A stretch of DNA of 64,000 bases from Dimorphilus gyrociliatus (GCA_904063045.1 CAJFCJ010000012.1:1674001-1738000), one strand, 5' to 3'. Numbered from the stretch's first letter, positions 1-11,740 are shown. A program made the numbers and translations. The notes: generated by a model not told the origin, from the letters alone.

Positions 1-1262
1 AAAAAGAAAATGAGAACGATAAAGAAAGAGAGATTGAGAGAGAAAAAGAAAAACTAGTCTCTGTAAATTCACTCAAAATTTACATATTTACCTTATATTT
101 TATATAAAAAATTCATGAAGCTAATTATAAATCAAGGAAATTTTTAGCGCCCCTGGAATTTTTTTTCAAATTATTGTTATTATTAATAACTCCACCATTT
201 CTTGTTTTTTAAGATACTTTTACAGTTTTTTTCACTTAAACGATTACAATAAAAGTAAAAGGAAAAGTCTCTTTTCTTTTCTATTTGATACTTTTATGGT
301 ATTAATAATTTTGTAGAGAAAATTACCCTGCTTTGACTTAAATATCATTAATTATCTTTACAGCTTTTATATGTACTTTGCTACAAGATATTCTTGATTC
401 TTCCTCCCTTTTTTTGCCCTATTCGCCCTCTCCACTATTTGTATCTAAAATGTAACAATGACTACTATCATAACTAGATATAAAACTATTATATGAATGA
501 TACTTTGCTTTGGCAAAGGATTAGGCGAATGAAAATATTTAATTATAAAAACCCTTGTTTGTCACAAACTGTGTACTCAATTGAAGGTATTTTTTGGTTT
601 GACTTTGTAGAAAAAACCCCTAACAGAGAGCTCCTAAATTTGAAATGACTGTCTCTCTAGAACAGAGTCCTCTCCAAGGTTGAAGCTTGTATGGAGATAA
701 ATGATCTTAAAGCTAAGTAAACGGGTAACTATATATTTTCCTTTGAGGTACGAAACTAATATCAATAATACTCTTTTATATATCAGAATATATAAAATTT
801 CCATTTCTCATGCTTAAAAGTTAATATTTCACTTCAAGAACATAGCAAGGTTATATGTTTGTCATCTTTCCTTCGTAAAAAACATAGTATTTAAGCATGC
901 AAAATTCTATTCACTCCTTTCATCTATACTTTTCTTATTTTCTAATGTAGCAATTGTATTGTCTATTCTTCTCATTTTTAATAATATATTACCTAATTTA
1001 ATTATAATTTCCTTCACACTTGGCTGTTTTGTGTGACTTTCCTACATGTGCCTTTGAAACACCGCAGAAAGAAGATTCTTAAACCTACTGTGCAATTTTC
1101 ATAATAATAATTTCAAAAGACCTATCAAAATCAAGGTGTTTTTTACCAGTTGAAATATCAAACTACCAAAGAAAGAGTTGCTTGGAAACATCAATTTGCT
1201 TGAAATACGTCGTAGAGTAAAAAAAGGTTCACTTTTCACTTTCTAAATGTGACTAAACACCA

Positions 1263-1829
1263 TTAAGGGGAGTTCACTTGATTATTTAAGATCATTTTTC
1301 TCGTTAGGTTACATTTTTTATGCGTTGAGAGGTTTTTATTCCTAAGAAATTGTAATGTATTCTTCTATTAGATATATTATCAAGTTTCTCAGCATATAAA
1401 TCCAAAAGAAAATGTCTTATACAAAAAAAAAACAATTTTTAATTTTTTCTCTTCAACAGAGATAATTTGATCAAAGAAATTAAAATTAACTTAGATTCAC
1501 CATTTCCTATCTTTTGATAATTTTTCAATATTTTCTCTAGCTTTTAACCGGGCATCAATAATTTTTTTTCTATCTTGTATTCTATTATCGAATTCTTGTA
1601 ATTTTTTTGAAATATAGGAATTTTGCAGTCTGTCACTTTTTCTGAAAAGAAAAATTGAATAAATAATTAATTTACAGAATAAGTTAATAACTTACGAGGA
1701 GAAATAAAACGCTGCGGCCGTAATTGACAGAATGCCAAATATAAATACATTCTTTATTCGGTTAAACTTCGTACCAGTGTAATAACCAGTTCGCCTAGTT
1801 CGTTTTATATCTTTACCGAGCATGTCCAT
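1263..1829 (-). CDS. Putative small (~115-120 aa) single-pass membrane protein of unknown function, 3 exons
   Basis: Minus-strand ATG at 1829 reads MDMLGKDIKRTRRTGYYTGTKFNRIKNVFIFGILSITAAAFYFS, then a GTAAGT donor. Exon 2 (KSDRLQNSYISKKLQEFDNRIQDRKKIIDARLKARENIEKLSKDRKW) is helical and charged. The last exon is uncertain. Head-to-head with CAND1. No family recognised. Confidence 0.45.
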
Positions 1830-2101
1830 TTTTCAATTTTTTTTATAACTTTTTAAAATGACCAAAACAGCCTCTAGTTCTTTTTTGAGAAGTTTAAGTA
1901 TTATATTATAAAGACTTAGCGATTCAAAGCGATTGAAAACTCCTCGCCCTACAGATGCACTTGAGACGCAAAACACTCAAAAAACATGGTATTACCGGTT
2001 TTCACGACAGGAAGCGGCTTAAACCGGAAATACATTTCAGGAAAACCTTTCCTTACTTTTTCTTCATTCAAGTATTCCTGTAGAATACAGTTATCGCAAA
2101 T

Positions 2102-5100
2102 ATGTCGAATATTTCCTATCAGATCGGAAACTTATTAGAGAAGGTGAGTGTCTTGCCTCGTATCTATCGAAGCTGTTTGAAAAAATCGAACCGTTTTTCT
2201 TGAACTTTTTTTAAGAAAGCTTTTCTTCTTACAAAAATGATTTTTAGATGATGTCCTCGGACAAGGACTATAGATTTATGGCAACGAATGACCTTATATC
2301 CGAACTGCAAAAAGATTCTATTAAACTAGATGACGACAGCGAAAGAAAAGTCGTTAAAATGGTGCTCAGATTACTCGAAGACAAAAATGGTGAAGTGCAG
2401 AACTTAGCCGTCAAATGGTATGTTTCAAATTTCATCAGCATAAAATAAAATGATTTGCTTTTTCAGTCTAGGGCCTTTGGTGAACAAAGTAAAAGACAAC
2501 CAAGTCGAAGTAATTGTAGATACACTATGCACTAATATGGTTTCCGACAAAGAACAATTGCGAGACATCTCAACCATAGGTAATAAATTTTAAATAAGAG
2601 AGTTCATATTCAAGATTATTAATTGTTTAGGAATGAAAACTGTGATAAGCGATATGCCTATCGGCTCATCCACTTTTGCAGCCACTATTTCTAGAAAAAT
2701 AACCGGAAAATTAACAACCGCTATATCTGTAAGGCGCAAATTTTTATAATATTTGATTGCAGCATAATAATTTACACTAAAATTTTATAGAAAGAAGACA
2801 TCTCTGTACAATTGGAAGCTCTTGATATTTTACATGATCTGCTCCATAAATTCGGTGGATTACTAACATCTTTCCATTCATCTATTCAACAAACTCTTGT
2901 CAATCAGTTAGATTCAAGCAGACTTGCAGTAAGAAAACGATCTATTAGCGCTCTAGGCAAGAAATTTTATTCTTGAAATAATTACTTAATATTTATGTTT
3001 ATAATTTACAGGACAACTTGTATTATGTTCTAGTTCAGCGCTGTTCAGTGAACTGATGGAATTCTTACTACAAAAGTTATGCAATGATACTCCAACAACT
3101 CGTACCTACATTCAGTGTGTTGGGGCAATAGCTAGACACGCAGGACATAAAGTCGGCAAGGTAAAATTGCTTAAAATTTATAATTCACGATAATCATTCT
3201 ATATTTTTAATATTATTATCACTATTAGTATTTGGATAAAATTATGCCTGCTGTTGTAAATTACTGTAAACAAGATGATGATGAAGTTCGCGAATTTTGT
3301 CTCCAAGCTTTTGAATCTTTTGTTATCCGTTGTCCTAAGGAAGTTACCCCACACATAAACCAAATTATTGACCTCTGTCTTAAATATATAACCTACGATC
3401 CAAATTATAATTATGATGACGATGATGAAAATGAAGACGAACACATGATGGACACTGACGAAGATATAGAAGAAGATGATGATGACTATAGTGATGACGA
3501 TGATATGAGCTGGAAAGTTAGGAGAGCTTCTGCTAAGTGTTTAGAAGCTGTTATCCGAACCAGACATGAAATGCTCGGACAACTGCATACAACTGTGTCT
3601 CCTGCTTTAATAGGAAGATTTAAAGGTTTAATTTTTTATCTTTTTGTTTGTCAATAATTTATATCTATCATATGAATTTTACAAACAGAGAGGGAAGATA
3701 ATGTTAAGGCGGACGTTTTTCATGCTTATATGTGCTTATTGAAACAAACTCGCCCAGCGACTGTTTCAGACCCAGATGCCATGGATCAAGACGGAAAGTA
3801 GGTATTTCACTTTAAGCTTATAAGTGTTTTTAATACCTCTTATTTCTTTTAAGCCCAATAAATGAACTTCAAGACCATCTTCCAAATCTCGTAAAGGCTG
3901 TTTATCGGCAATTTCGTCAAAAATCTATTAAGACAAGGCAATGTTGCTTCGCTTTGCTAACTGAATTGGTAACAGTTCTACCTGGCTGTTTGTCACCATA
4001 TATTCAAATGCTTATTCCTGGAATTCAATTTTCTCTTGGGTAAATTTTTTAATTACAAGTTTCATAAGTTCCACTATATACCGCTGCTTTACAGTGATAA
4101 GAACACGAGCTCGAATATGAAAATTGATACTCTCTCTTTTCTAAATTGCTTACTAGTCAATCATCAACCTTCTGACTTTCATCCACATATTGAAGTACTT
4201 GTTCCGGTTAGTTCATATTAAAAATATCTCTTATTCACCAAATAAATAATGCTAACATCTGTTCTCTAGTTGGTTATCGGATCCGTAGATGATGCATTTT
4301 ATAAAATAATATCAGAAGCATTGTTGGTTACACAACAACTGGTTAAAGTGATAAGACCACTTGGTGAACCAGTAAAATTCGATTATAAACCATACGTGGA
4401 CACTCTGTACAAGAGCACTTTAGCTCGTTTGGTTGCTGCTGATATAGATCAAGAGGTAAAGGAACGAGCTATTTCATGTATGGCACAGATAGTACATAGT
4501 CTTGGTGATGCTCTTGGAGCGCACTTCAAGCAATGCTTACCTATTTTCGTAGAACGCCTAAGAAATGAAATTACTAGACTAACAACTGTAAAAGGAGTAA
4601 CCCTTATTGCATCGTAAGAAATTTTGCTTTAAAAAGTTTAGCTCAGATTGAATACATAGAATACATAATATTTCTTCACAGATCTCCTTTGAAAATCGAC
4701 TTGAGCAAAGTTTTGGTTGGTATATCTAAGTGAAGCTATCTTTCATATATTCTTCATATTCATTTTAAACAAACAGAACGACATTTTACCTATCTTGGCA
4801 ACCTTTCTTAGAAAACATCACAGGGCTCTGAGACTGAGCACTCAACAATGTCTAGAAACAATTGTACGAAATTATGGGCATCTGTTTTCTGCCAATTTGC
4901 TTAACGACGTATTAAATGAACTACCGCCTTTAATTAGTGAAAGCGATTTACATATGTCCCAAATGACAATGACGTTACTAACAACAGTTAGTGAAATTAA
5001 CAAAACATTTTTAGATAAAATGGCAGCGAATATTTTGCCTCAAGTAATGCTCCTTATTAGATCTCCGTTACTGCAAGGTTCGAAATTTTTAACATTTTAC

Positions 5101-6851
5101 ATATTATAAACAATGTAATATTAATCTGTTTTATACTTGCAGGAGCTGCCCTTTATTCAGTATTGTCATTCTTACAAGGAATAGTTAAGGCTGAAGTCCA
5201 TAATTGTTCTTATAAAGAACTATTCACGGTTCGTTAAAATAATAATAATTCTCATTAGTCAACTAAATAACAACAAATTTAGCTTCTAATAAAACCGGTG
5301 GATGAAGCATCTGAAAAAGCTCGTGCACCAACCATATTACACAAACAAGCCCACCAATCCATATCCAAAGCAGTAGCAGCAATAACAGCTGCTTCACCAA
5401 AGAATATTTCACATACAGTTGATTATTGTATCGCTGAAATAAAAGTAACTTTATAGTTTTTTACCATTTTCCCTTGTTTTAAATTACGTTTTTTCTTTTT
5501 CAGTCGAGCAAAAGTGATATCAAAAAGCTTATAGTACTGCTTTCTCTTGGTGAATTGGGACGTTTGATTGATTTAAGCGGCGTTAAGGGCGTTCAAGATT
5601 TGATACTTGAATGCTTTTCTATAGGACACAGCGATGATATTAAGACGGCTGCAGCCTATTCATTAGGCTCAATGTGCGTTGGAAACTTACCAAAATTATT
5701 ACCTGGTGTCATTGAACTTATTGAAAAGCAACCCAAACGTCAATATTTACTGCTGCACTCCTTGAAAGAAATAATATCATTTCAGAGCGTTAATCCCGAA
5801 GCTGTTGATGCTCTAAGACCATTTGTCAAGTCTATCTGGCAAATGTTAATGAATCACGCTGAATGTGAAGAGGAAGGGACGAGAAATGTAGTTGCAGAGT
5901 GTTTGGGAAAATTAACTCTCATCGATCCATTGAATCTACTACCAGAACTAGAAAAATATTTAAAATCTAGCTCAGGATTAGTAAGAGCAACAGTTGTGAC
6001 AGCTATAAAGTTCACAATAACTGATCACGCTCAAAAAATTGATGGTCTGTTAAAAAAAAGCATCGGCGCCTTCCTGAATAGTTTATGCGATAAGGACTTG
6101 AATGTAAGAAGAGTAGCACTAGTTACCTTCAATTCTGCTGCTCATAACAAACCTGCTCTTATACGTGATCTCTTACCAAAAGTACTGTCCAGTTTGTATG
6201 ACGAGACAGTTGTTAAGAAGGAACTAATTAGAGAAGTTGAAATGGGACCCTTCAAACATACAGTTGATGATGGACTTGATGTTCGAAAAGCAGCTTTTGA
6301 ATGCATGTATACCCTACTAGATTCATGTTTGGATAGACTGGATATTTTTGAATTTCTGAAACATTTGGAAGATGGCTTAAATGATCATTATGATATTAAA
6401 ATGCTCAGCTATCTTATGCTTGTTCGGCTCTCGGTGTTATCACCTTCAGCGTTATTACAACGTGAGACTAATTTAGCAACATAGTTATATGAATAATTCA
6501 AATTTTCTATTTTATTTTAGATTTGGATCGTATTATTGAACCTCTAAAATCCACTTGTACTTTAAAGTTAAAACAAAATGCTGTGAAACAGGAACACGAG
6601 AAACAGGATGAATTGAGAAGATCAGCATTAAGAGCTGTTGCAGCAATACTGAAAATTCCAGATGCCGGTAACAATACTAAAAACATTAAATATCTATTAA
6701 AAACGCTGTAAAATTTTCAGATAAAAGTCAACAAATGACTGAATTTATGAATCAAATCAAAGCCAGTACTGAGCTTTTACAAATGTTTGAATTTGTCCAA
6801 AAAGATAGCACTCCTCCCGGTCAAGACCATACGTCAATGGATATTTACTAG
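2102..6851 (+). CDS. CAND1: Cullin-associated NEDD8-dissociated protein 1 (multi-exon, HEAT repeats)
   Basis: Exon 1 [14 protein letters not shown] (2102-2143) splices to [16 protein letters not shown]...[31 protein letters not shown]. Later exons include [16 protein letters not shown] and [31 protein letters not shown]. Stop TAG at 6849-6851 after ...SMDIY. Confidence 0.98.
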
Positions 6852-7002
6852 CATGAAAAATTTTGGTGTTTGTTTGTCTATATAAGACAATATTTAACTT
6901 TGAAATGTGTGTATCAGAACAAAATGCTTGTTTTAAGAAAAAAGCTAAAATATTTCTTTTCAAATATCCTCATTTTCAAGTCTTAAAAGCATTTATATAA
7001 CT

Positions 7003-7010
7003 GTATAATG

Positions 7011-7047
<37 letters not shown>

Positions 7048-7095
7048 TATATATATATATGTATATATATATTATATATATATAGCTATATATAC
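7003..7095. repeat. (TA)n microsatellite, imperfect
   Basis: Direct reading: tatatatata... with a few interruptions, lying between the CAND1 and SQSTM1 3' ends. Confidence 0.95.
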
Positions 7096-7215
7096 ATTTA
7101 TACATGTACTTATAACTGAAGTTTAAAATCAGTTCCGAATTCAAGGACACATGATATGCGTTTAAATAAACTCCACTGAACGAAACAATAAATGTCTAAA
7201 TCAAAACACAACAAC

Positions 7216-7277
7216 CAAGTCATTAAACTTTACAACTTGTCGTATCGAGTACGACATTCATAAAGACTTTCTTCTAC
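7216..7277 (-). pseudogene. Decayed duplicate of the SQSTM1 terminal (UBA) exon end
   Basis: Ungapped hand alignment to 7789-7850 gives 46/62 identities. It translates KKVFMNVVLDTTSCKV* versus KKADMNAVLDAIHFKV*, with in-frame stops just upstream. Confidence 0.65.
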
Positions 7278-7795
7278 TTCATTTTTCATTGTCTAGTCAA
7301 AACTTTAATTGATATTATCAGGGCTATTATAAAATATTGTAATGGGCAACACAATATCGAATCCGAATTTAGCCTACAACTTTTCAAATCTCTTGTTATT
7401 TATAATCATTAATTTTAACATATTGTCAAGGTTTAATTAACCACTCGAAGTCCTATAATGAAAAGGATATTTAATGTCACACTTTCGAAAATATAAAAAT
7501 TTGAAATGGAATCACAAAAGAAGGGTAATGATGACGATGCCTTTACAGAAAATTTTATTACTCAGACAATCGATGATTCATTCTTATACGTTTACTAAAA
7601 TATGATCTAATCAAAAGAATATTTCCCAATGCGAACAAACGAAGATATTTAATGCGAATAACACATTTTATTCAATAATATTAATTAGACGTTAAATAAG
7701 CACAAAATTCATAAACTTATTAATAGATAGATGTGATAATTCCAACGAAATTCCACTAAATACAAAATGCATAATAAACGAAAGAAATCAAGTTA

Positions 7796-8895
7796 TTAAA
7801 CTTTAAAGTGTATCGCATCAAGTACGGCGTTCATATCGGCTTTCTTTTCTTTGACAAGATTGGTCAACCATTGATCATCATTTACAAATCCCATATTTTG
7901 AAGTTTCGAAACTATTTCGTTAACGCGTTTTTCTATTTATAAATAAAATAATAAAATTTAATAGTAAATTATTATTTTAATGACTTACCTTCTAAGGATT
8001 TCGACACAGCCTCTTGTATGTCATCATCAACCATGCACCAGTCTGCTGGATTCTTTTCTTCGGGTTTCTTTGTTTCTTGTTCTTTTGATTCTGATGCTGC
8101 TTCGGGGCAAGATGCAGTCTTCTCGCCAGAAACAGTTTCTCTTTTTCCATTATGATCAATATGGACTGCAACATCCACACCAAATGGATCTAGCATGGCG
8201 GAAACAGTCTCTCCAATAGTTTTTAAGTATATTTCCTCCTGTTTTCTTTCATCTTCAGTTGGGGCTTCATTTGAATTAGTAGCCCCCTCAGTTTTGGGGC
8301 CGCAATTTTCGGGACGTTGCTGACCAAATCGATTGAACCATCCATCCCACCATCCTCTTGGGCCACCTCTACCCTTGTGGCAACCGCGAGGTCCCCAACC
8401 GTGACGCTGAAATCCACCAGCAAAAGGAAACATACGTGGGAAACGGGTATGACTCGGATCGGTGATCCTGGCCATTACATGGTTAACATGAATATTCTTT
8501 TTTTCACACTTCCAACAAAGATCATAATCAGGACATTGTAGGCACTTATATCTGTACCCTACTACATCACCATCGCAACCATCACAAATAACACCTGGAT
8601 GTTTTTGTCCAGAAGGCTCTGAATTACTAGCTACATCTAACGAATCGGTAAGATATATCTTCAGTAAGTTTTTCGAGCCAGAAATAGCTTGACAGAGTTC
8701 TTCGCTGGTTGAGAAATTAATCACATCTCCTTCTTCGTCTTTCCAAGAGAAAATAATGGCGTCTTGGTTCAAACCTGGAAATATTGAAAATGCTTTTTTC
8801 TGTAAAATTCCAAACCCTCCAGCGGGATCAATTTCAAATCGACGAATTTCTTGACGATCTTTCAAAGTCAGGTAGGCTTTTACAGCAAGTGTCAT
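7796..8895 (-). CDS. SQSTM1: Sequestosome-1 / p62 (PB1-ZZ-LIR-UBA), 2 coding exons
   Basis: PB1 (LAVKAYL...EIRRF; WKDEEGD), ZZ finger (HPGVICDGCDGDVVGYRYKCLQCPDYDLC) and LIR-like DWCMV. A GTAAGT intron leads to the UBA exon EKRVNEIVSKLQNMGFVNDDQWLTNLVKEKKADMNAVLDAIHFKV*. Confidence 0.96.
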
Positions 8896-9060
8896 ATTTA
8901 CTAGAATGAAAATAATGAACGAATGATTAGATGATCATAAACAAGGACAAAATAGACCAACTTACCTTATTGCGAAATACAATATTTACGATTTCAGAGT
9001 AGAACGAAAATGTCAGTTGGAGCTTTCACAGCGATCTGATTCTTCGATGTTCTATCCCCC

Positions 9061-9213
9061 TTTTATATAGTATAGGAAGAATATTCTGGAGAGTGACTTG
9101 CAATCCGAACCAATTTTGCAAGTCACCGGCTGTTGTTTTGTTTATAATATTTGGTTGCGCATGCGCTCTCAATGTGATGCACGATCACGTGAAGAGAGAG
9201 GAGCGCCATCTTC
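9061..9213 (-). promoter_or_regulatory. SQSTM1 promoter: TATA box, HSE-like element, dyad repeat, NRF1, CLEAR/E-box and YY1 motifs
   Basis: CTATATAAAA on the minus strand (9061-9070); AGAAT-ATTCT-GGAGA (9078-9092); GTGACTTGCAA inverted repeat (9093-9126); TGCGCATGCGC (9156-9166); TCACGTGA (9185-9192); GCGCCATCTT (~9204-9213). Confidence 0.6.
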
Positions 9214-9888
9214 AGATATTTACTAGGACTAAATTTACCGGGAAATTTTCTTGAAACATCAAAAAGTAATTTTGGATCATTTATAAGACACAAGAGTATG
9301 GTTACCAATAGGATGAGACACTAAGATGACATACTGACCACAGACAAGTAAAAAAAATCGAAAAAAAATATGAGTGTTAAGGAGGGAACGGAATCTGGTT
9401 GAGACAATGTCAAATCGGGCAAGCTGTGAAATAAAAACTGAAACAAATAAGTTACCAAAAAAAACAATTAAAAATAGAAATTTTGATAATTTTTAAGCAA
9501 GTTTTAAATAAATTCATTAAAAGTTAACAAACCAATAAAAAAGGACTCAAATAAAGAAACAAATTAACAAACAAAAGTTGAAAGTCCTATATGGCTGATG
9601 TGTTCAATTGCCAGCGAGTCTTTTGAAAGTTTCTTGCCAAGAGACTATGCCAGTTTCTACTCAAACTGCTCCCATTTTTGCTTGTTTTGATTGTCGTTTC
9701 TTGAAGTTGAATCAAAACACCAAACAAGATTCAGCCAATATTACTTAAACGATGCTCACGATCAAGGAGGTCGATTAGACGGACGAATCGGCGCGGACTT
9801 GTGGGCGGAGCATATATTTAATTGCCAATCACTAATTAGTCGATTCGACGGCGTAAACGGTCAGTCTTCTTGACGATACGTCAGAAAG

Positions 9889-11578
9889 ATGGTTCCCTAT
9901 AATCGTCTACTTCTACTTTTATTCCTCGAAACTTTTAGAACGGCTCCCGTTCATAACAACGCTCAAGAAAATGTTGAAATTCTAATAAGCAAATTCGGTA
10001 TGAATATGGACGTCGCCAACAAATTTGTTTTAAACTTTTACAAGAGGTTAGAAAGTGGAAAATCTTTATCGAAGGCTTCAGGTCATCCAAGAATGGACAG
10101 ATCAATAAGCGGTGCTGATACTTTTCGGACGCTTCCCGTTGAAGGTAAAAAAAATTAACTAATTAGAATATTTAGACGTCTGTCAAGTTATTACTCATCT
10201 TTAAAATTAACGGATAATATTAAGCAGATATCGTCAATTAGCCACTCAGACTAATTTAGATTGGCCACTTTTTTTAAAAATCCTGATACAACAGTCTGCG
10301 TTGAGTAATTAGTACAAACATGATTTATCGGTGAGAGTAAAGTCTGAGTCGGCATATTCTATAATTCGTTAGTCTGGAGCAATTTCCCATTTGTTTTTCT
10401 CGCTTTTTTTCGACAAGCGATTGTAAAGGTCGGAAGTTTTAAATGACGTCGCATGCTGAGAAACATTTCCTCTTTTACGGTGTCGCGTGTAAATACACCA
10501 TTCGGTCTTTCATCTTACCTGTTTCTTCACACCTTTTTCTTTATTTCCGCTTATTAATGTCGTTTTTCATTTTAAACAGCTAAAGAATTAACAAGGAATT
10601 CCTTGAAGATAAGATTCAAAACGAATCTTGTACCCGGTGAGAAACTCATCTCAGCCGAATTAAGAATGAAGATCAAGGCTAATCCCGTTAAGTGGAGCGT
10701 TTATAGGGTTCAAGGAAATCTAGAGAGCAAATCGGATGGGGCAAAAGCAGTTTATGATTTGAAAACAAAACCTCTCTCATCCGACGGCAATGTTCTTTTA
10801 GACTTTACAAATATTCTAAATGGATTATTCGATACGTGGATATTTAAAGGAAATTCATCGAATGATCAACTTGTAAGCCTACTTGTTTATGGCTTTAAAA
10901 TTAAGATAAACAATATTTTTTCCCTTTATTTTCAGACTGTTAACTTCAATATTACAAATCGATTTAGTTCTCCAAAGAAAGTTGTTCAGAATGTATTTGA
11001 TATGGATAGTTTTATTTTAGTTATCTACACAAAAAGACCAAGTTTCGTAGACGAAATAAACAAGAATTTTCTATCAGTTTTACCAACTAAAAATCGACAA
11101 AAAAGAAGAGTTCGATCGAAAGATGTAATGAGTACTATTTAATATATTTTACTGTTTAAACTAATTCATACTCTCCTCTATCCACTTTTTCTTAGAAATC
11201 GCCTTGTAGTCTTAGAGATTTTGTTATCAAATATGAAGATTTAGGACCTCAGTTGGCGGATATTGTTTTTCCATATACGCATAATATTCGTATGTGCAGC
11301 GGCCATTGCCAAATTAAGTTTGTTGCTGGAGAAGAAGCAGAAGTTATGACTCCTAGAGCAAGATTACAAGTATGTTACATTTTTTTCTTCTACCTTGACC
11401 TTTCTTATTTTTTTTTGTCTTTTAGTTTCTTGCTTGGAAATTAGGAGTTTATAGAGGTCGCAAACCATGTTGCTCGCCTACCAAGTTGAAAAAAGCAGCT
11501 GTTATTAGGGCTGATTTTTCTCGAATGTGGTTACAAACTATTCCTGATTATGTTGCTACGGAATGCGGTTGTTCATAG
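9889..11578 (+). CDS. Divergent TGF-beta superfamily ligand, probably Nodal-like (5 exons)
   Basis: Signal peptide MVPYNRLLLLLFLETF, prodomain with LISAELR and a furin site RQKRRVR. The mature domain is KSPCSLRDFVIKYEDLGPQLADIVFPYTHNIRMCSGHCQIKFVAGEEAEVMTPRARLQ|FLAWKLGVYRGRKPCCSPTKLKKAAVIRADFSRMWLQTIPDYVATECGCS*, with the 7-Cys knot pattern (C, CxxxC, CC, CxC). TGF-beta membership is solid; the Nodal assignment is an inference. Confidence 0.9.
10174..10376. promoter_or_regulatory. Cluster of five CAGAC/GTCTG Smad-binding-element-like motifs in intron 1 of the TGF-beta ligand
   Basis: GTCTG at 10178, 10294, 10342 and 10372; CAGAC at 10247. The intron spans ~10145-10578 and is about 8 times longer than typical introns here. 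Confidence 0.45.
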
Positions 11579-11689
11579 CAGTTGATAAAATTAGAATCTT
11601 ATGAACAATAGAGGAGTGTGCTTATTTCTTATTGTCTATAAAGATGTTTGTTATTTATTTTTCAAATACAATTGGCGGGTTTGTTTACT

Positions 11690-11740
11690 ATACCGGAAGT
11701 AGTATATTGCTGATCACATGACTGGAATATGGCCGCCCCC
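11690..11740 (+). promoter_or_regulatory. AMDHD2 proximal promoter motifs (ETS, M-box/CLEAR-like, YY1-like)
   Basis: ACCGGAAGT (~11692), ATCACATGAC (~11713) and ATATGGCCGCC (~11727) lie 60-110 bp upstream of the ATG. Confidence 0.5.

Noticed and set aside
541-900. Slightly GC-richer segment with short open frames at the window start
   Set aside because: All frames close within ~30 codons and give no recognisable protein or splice chain.
3199-3444. 81-aa hydrophobic minus-strand ORF
   Set aside because: Antisense shadow of the acidic CAND1 exon (GAT/GAA repeats read as Ile/Phe).
9691-9873. 60-aa ORF upstream of the TGF-beta ligand
   Set aside because: Starts at a non-ATG codon, has no family features and does not join the ligand frame. 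Probably 5'UTR or promoter.
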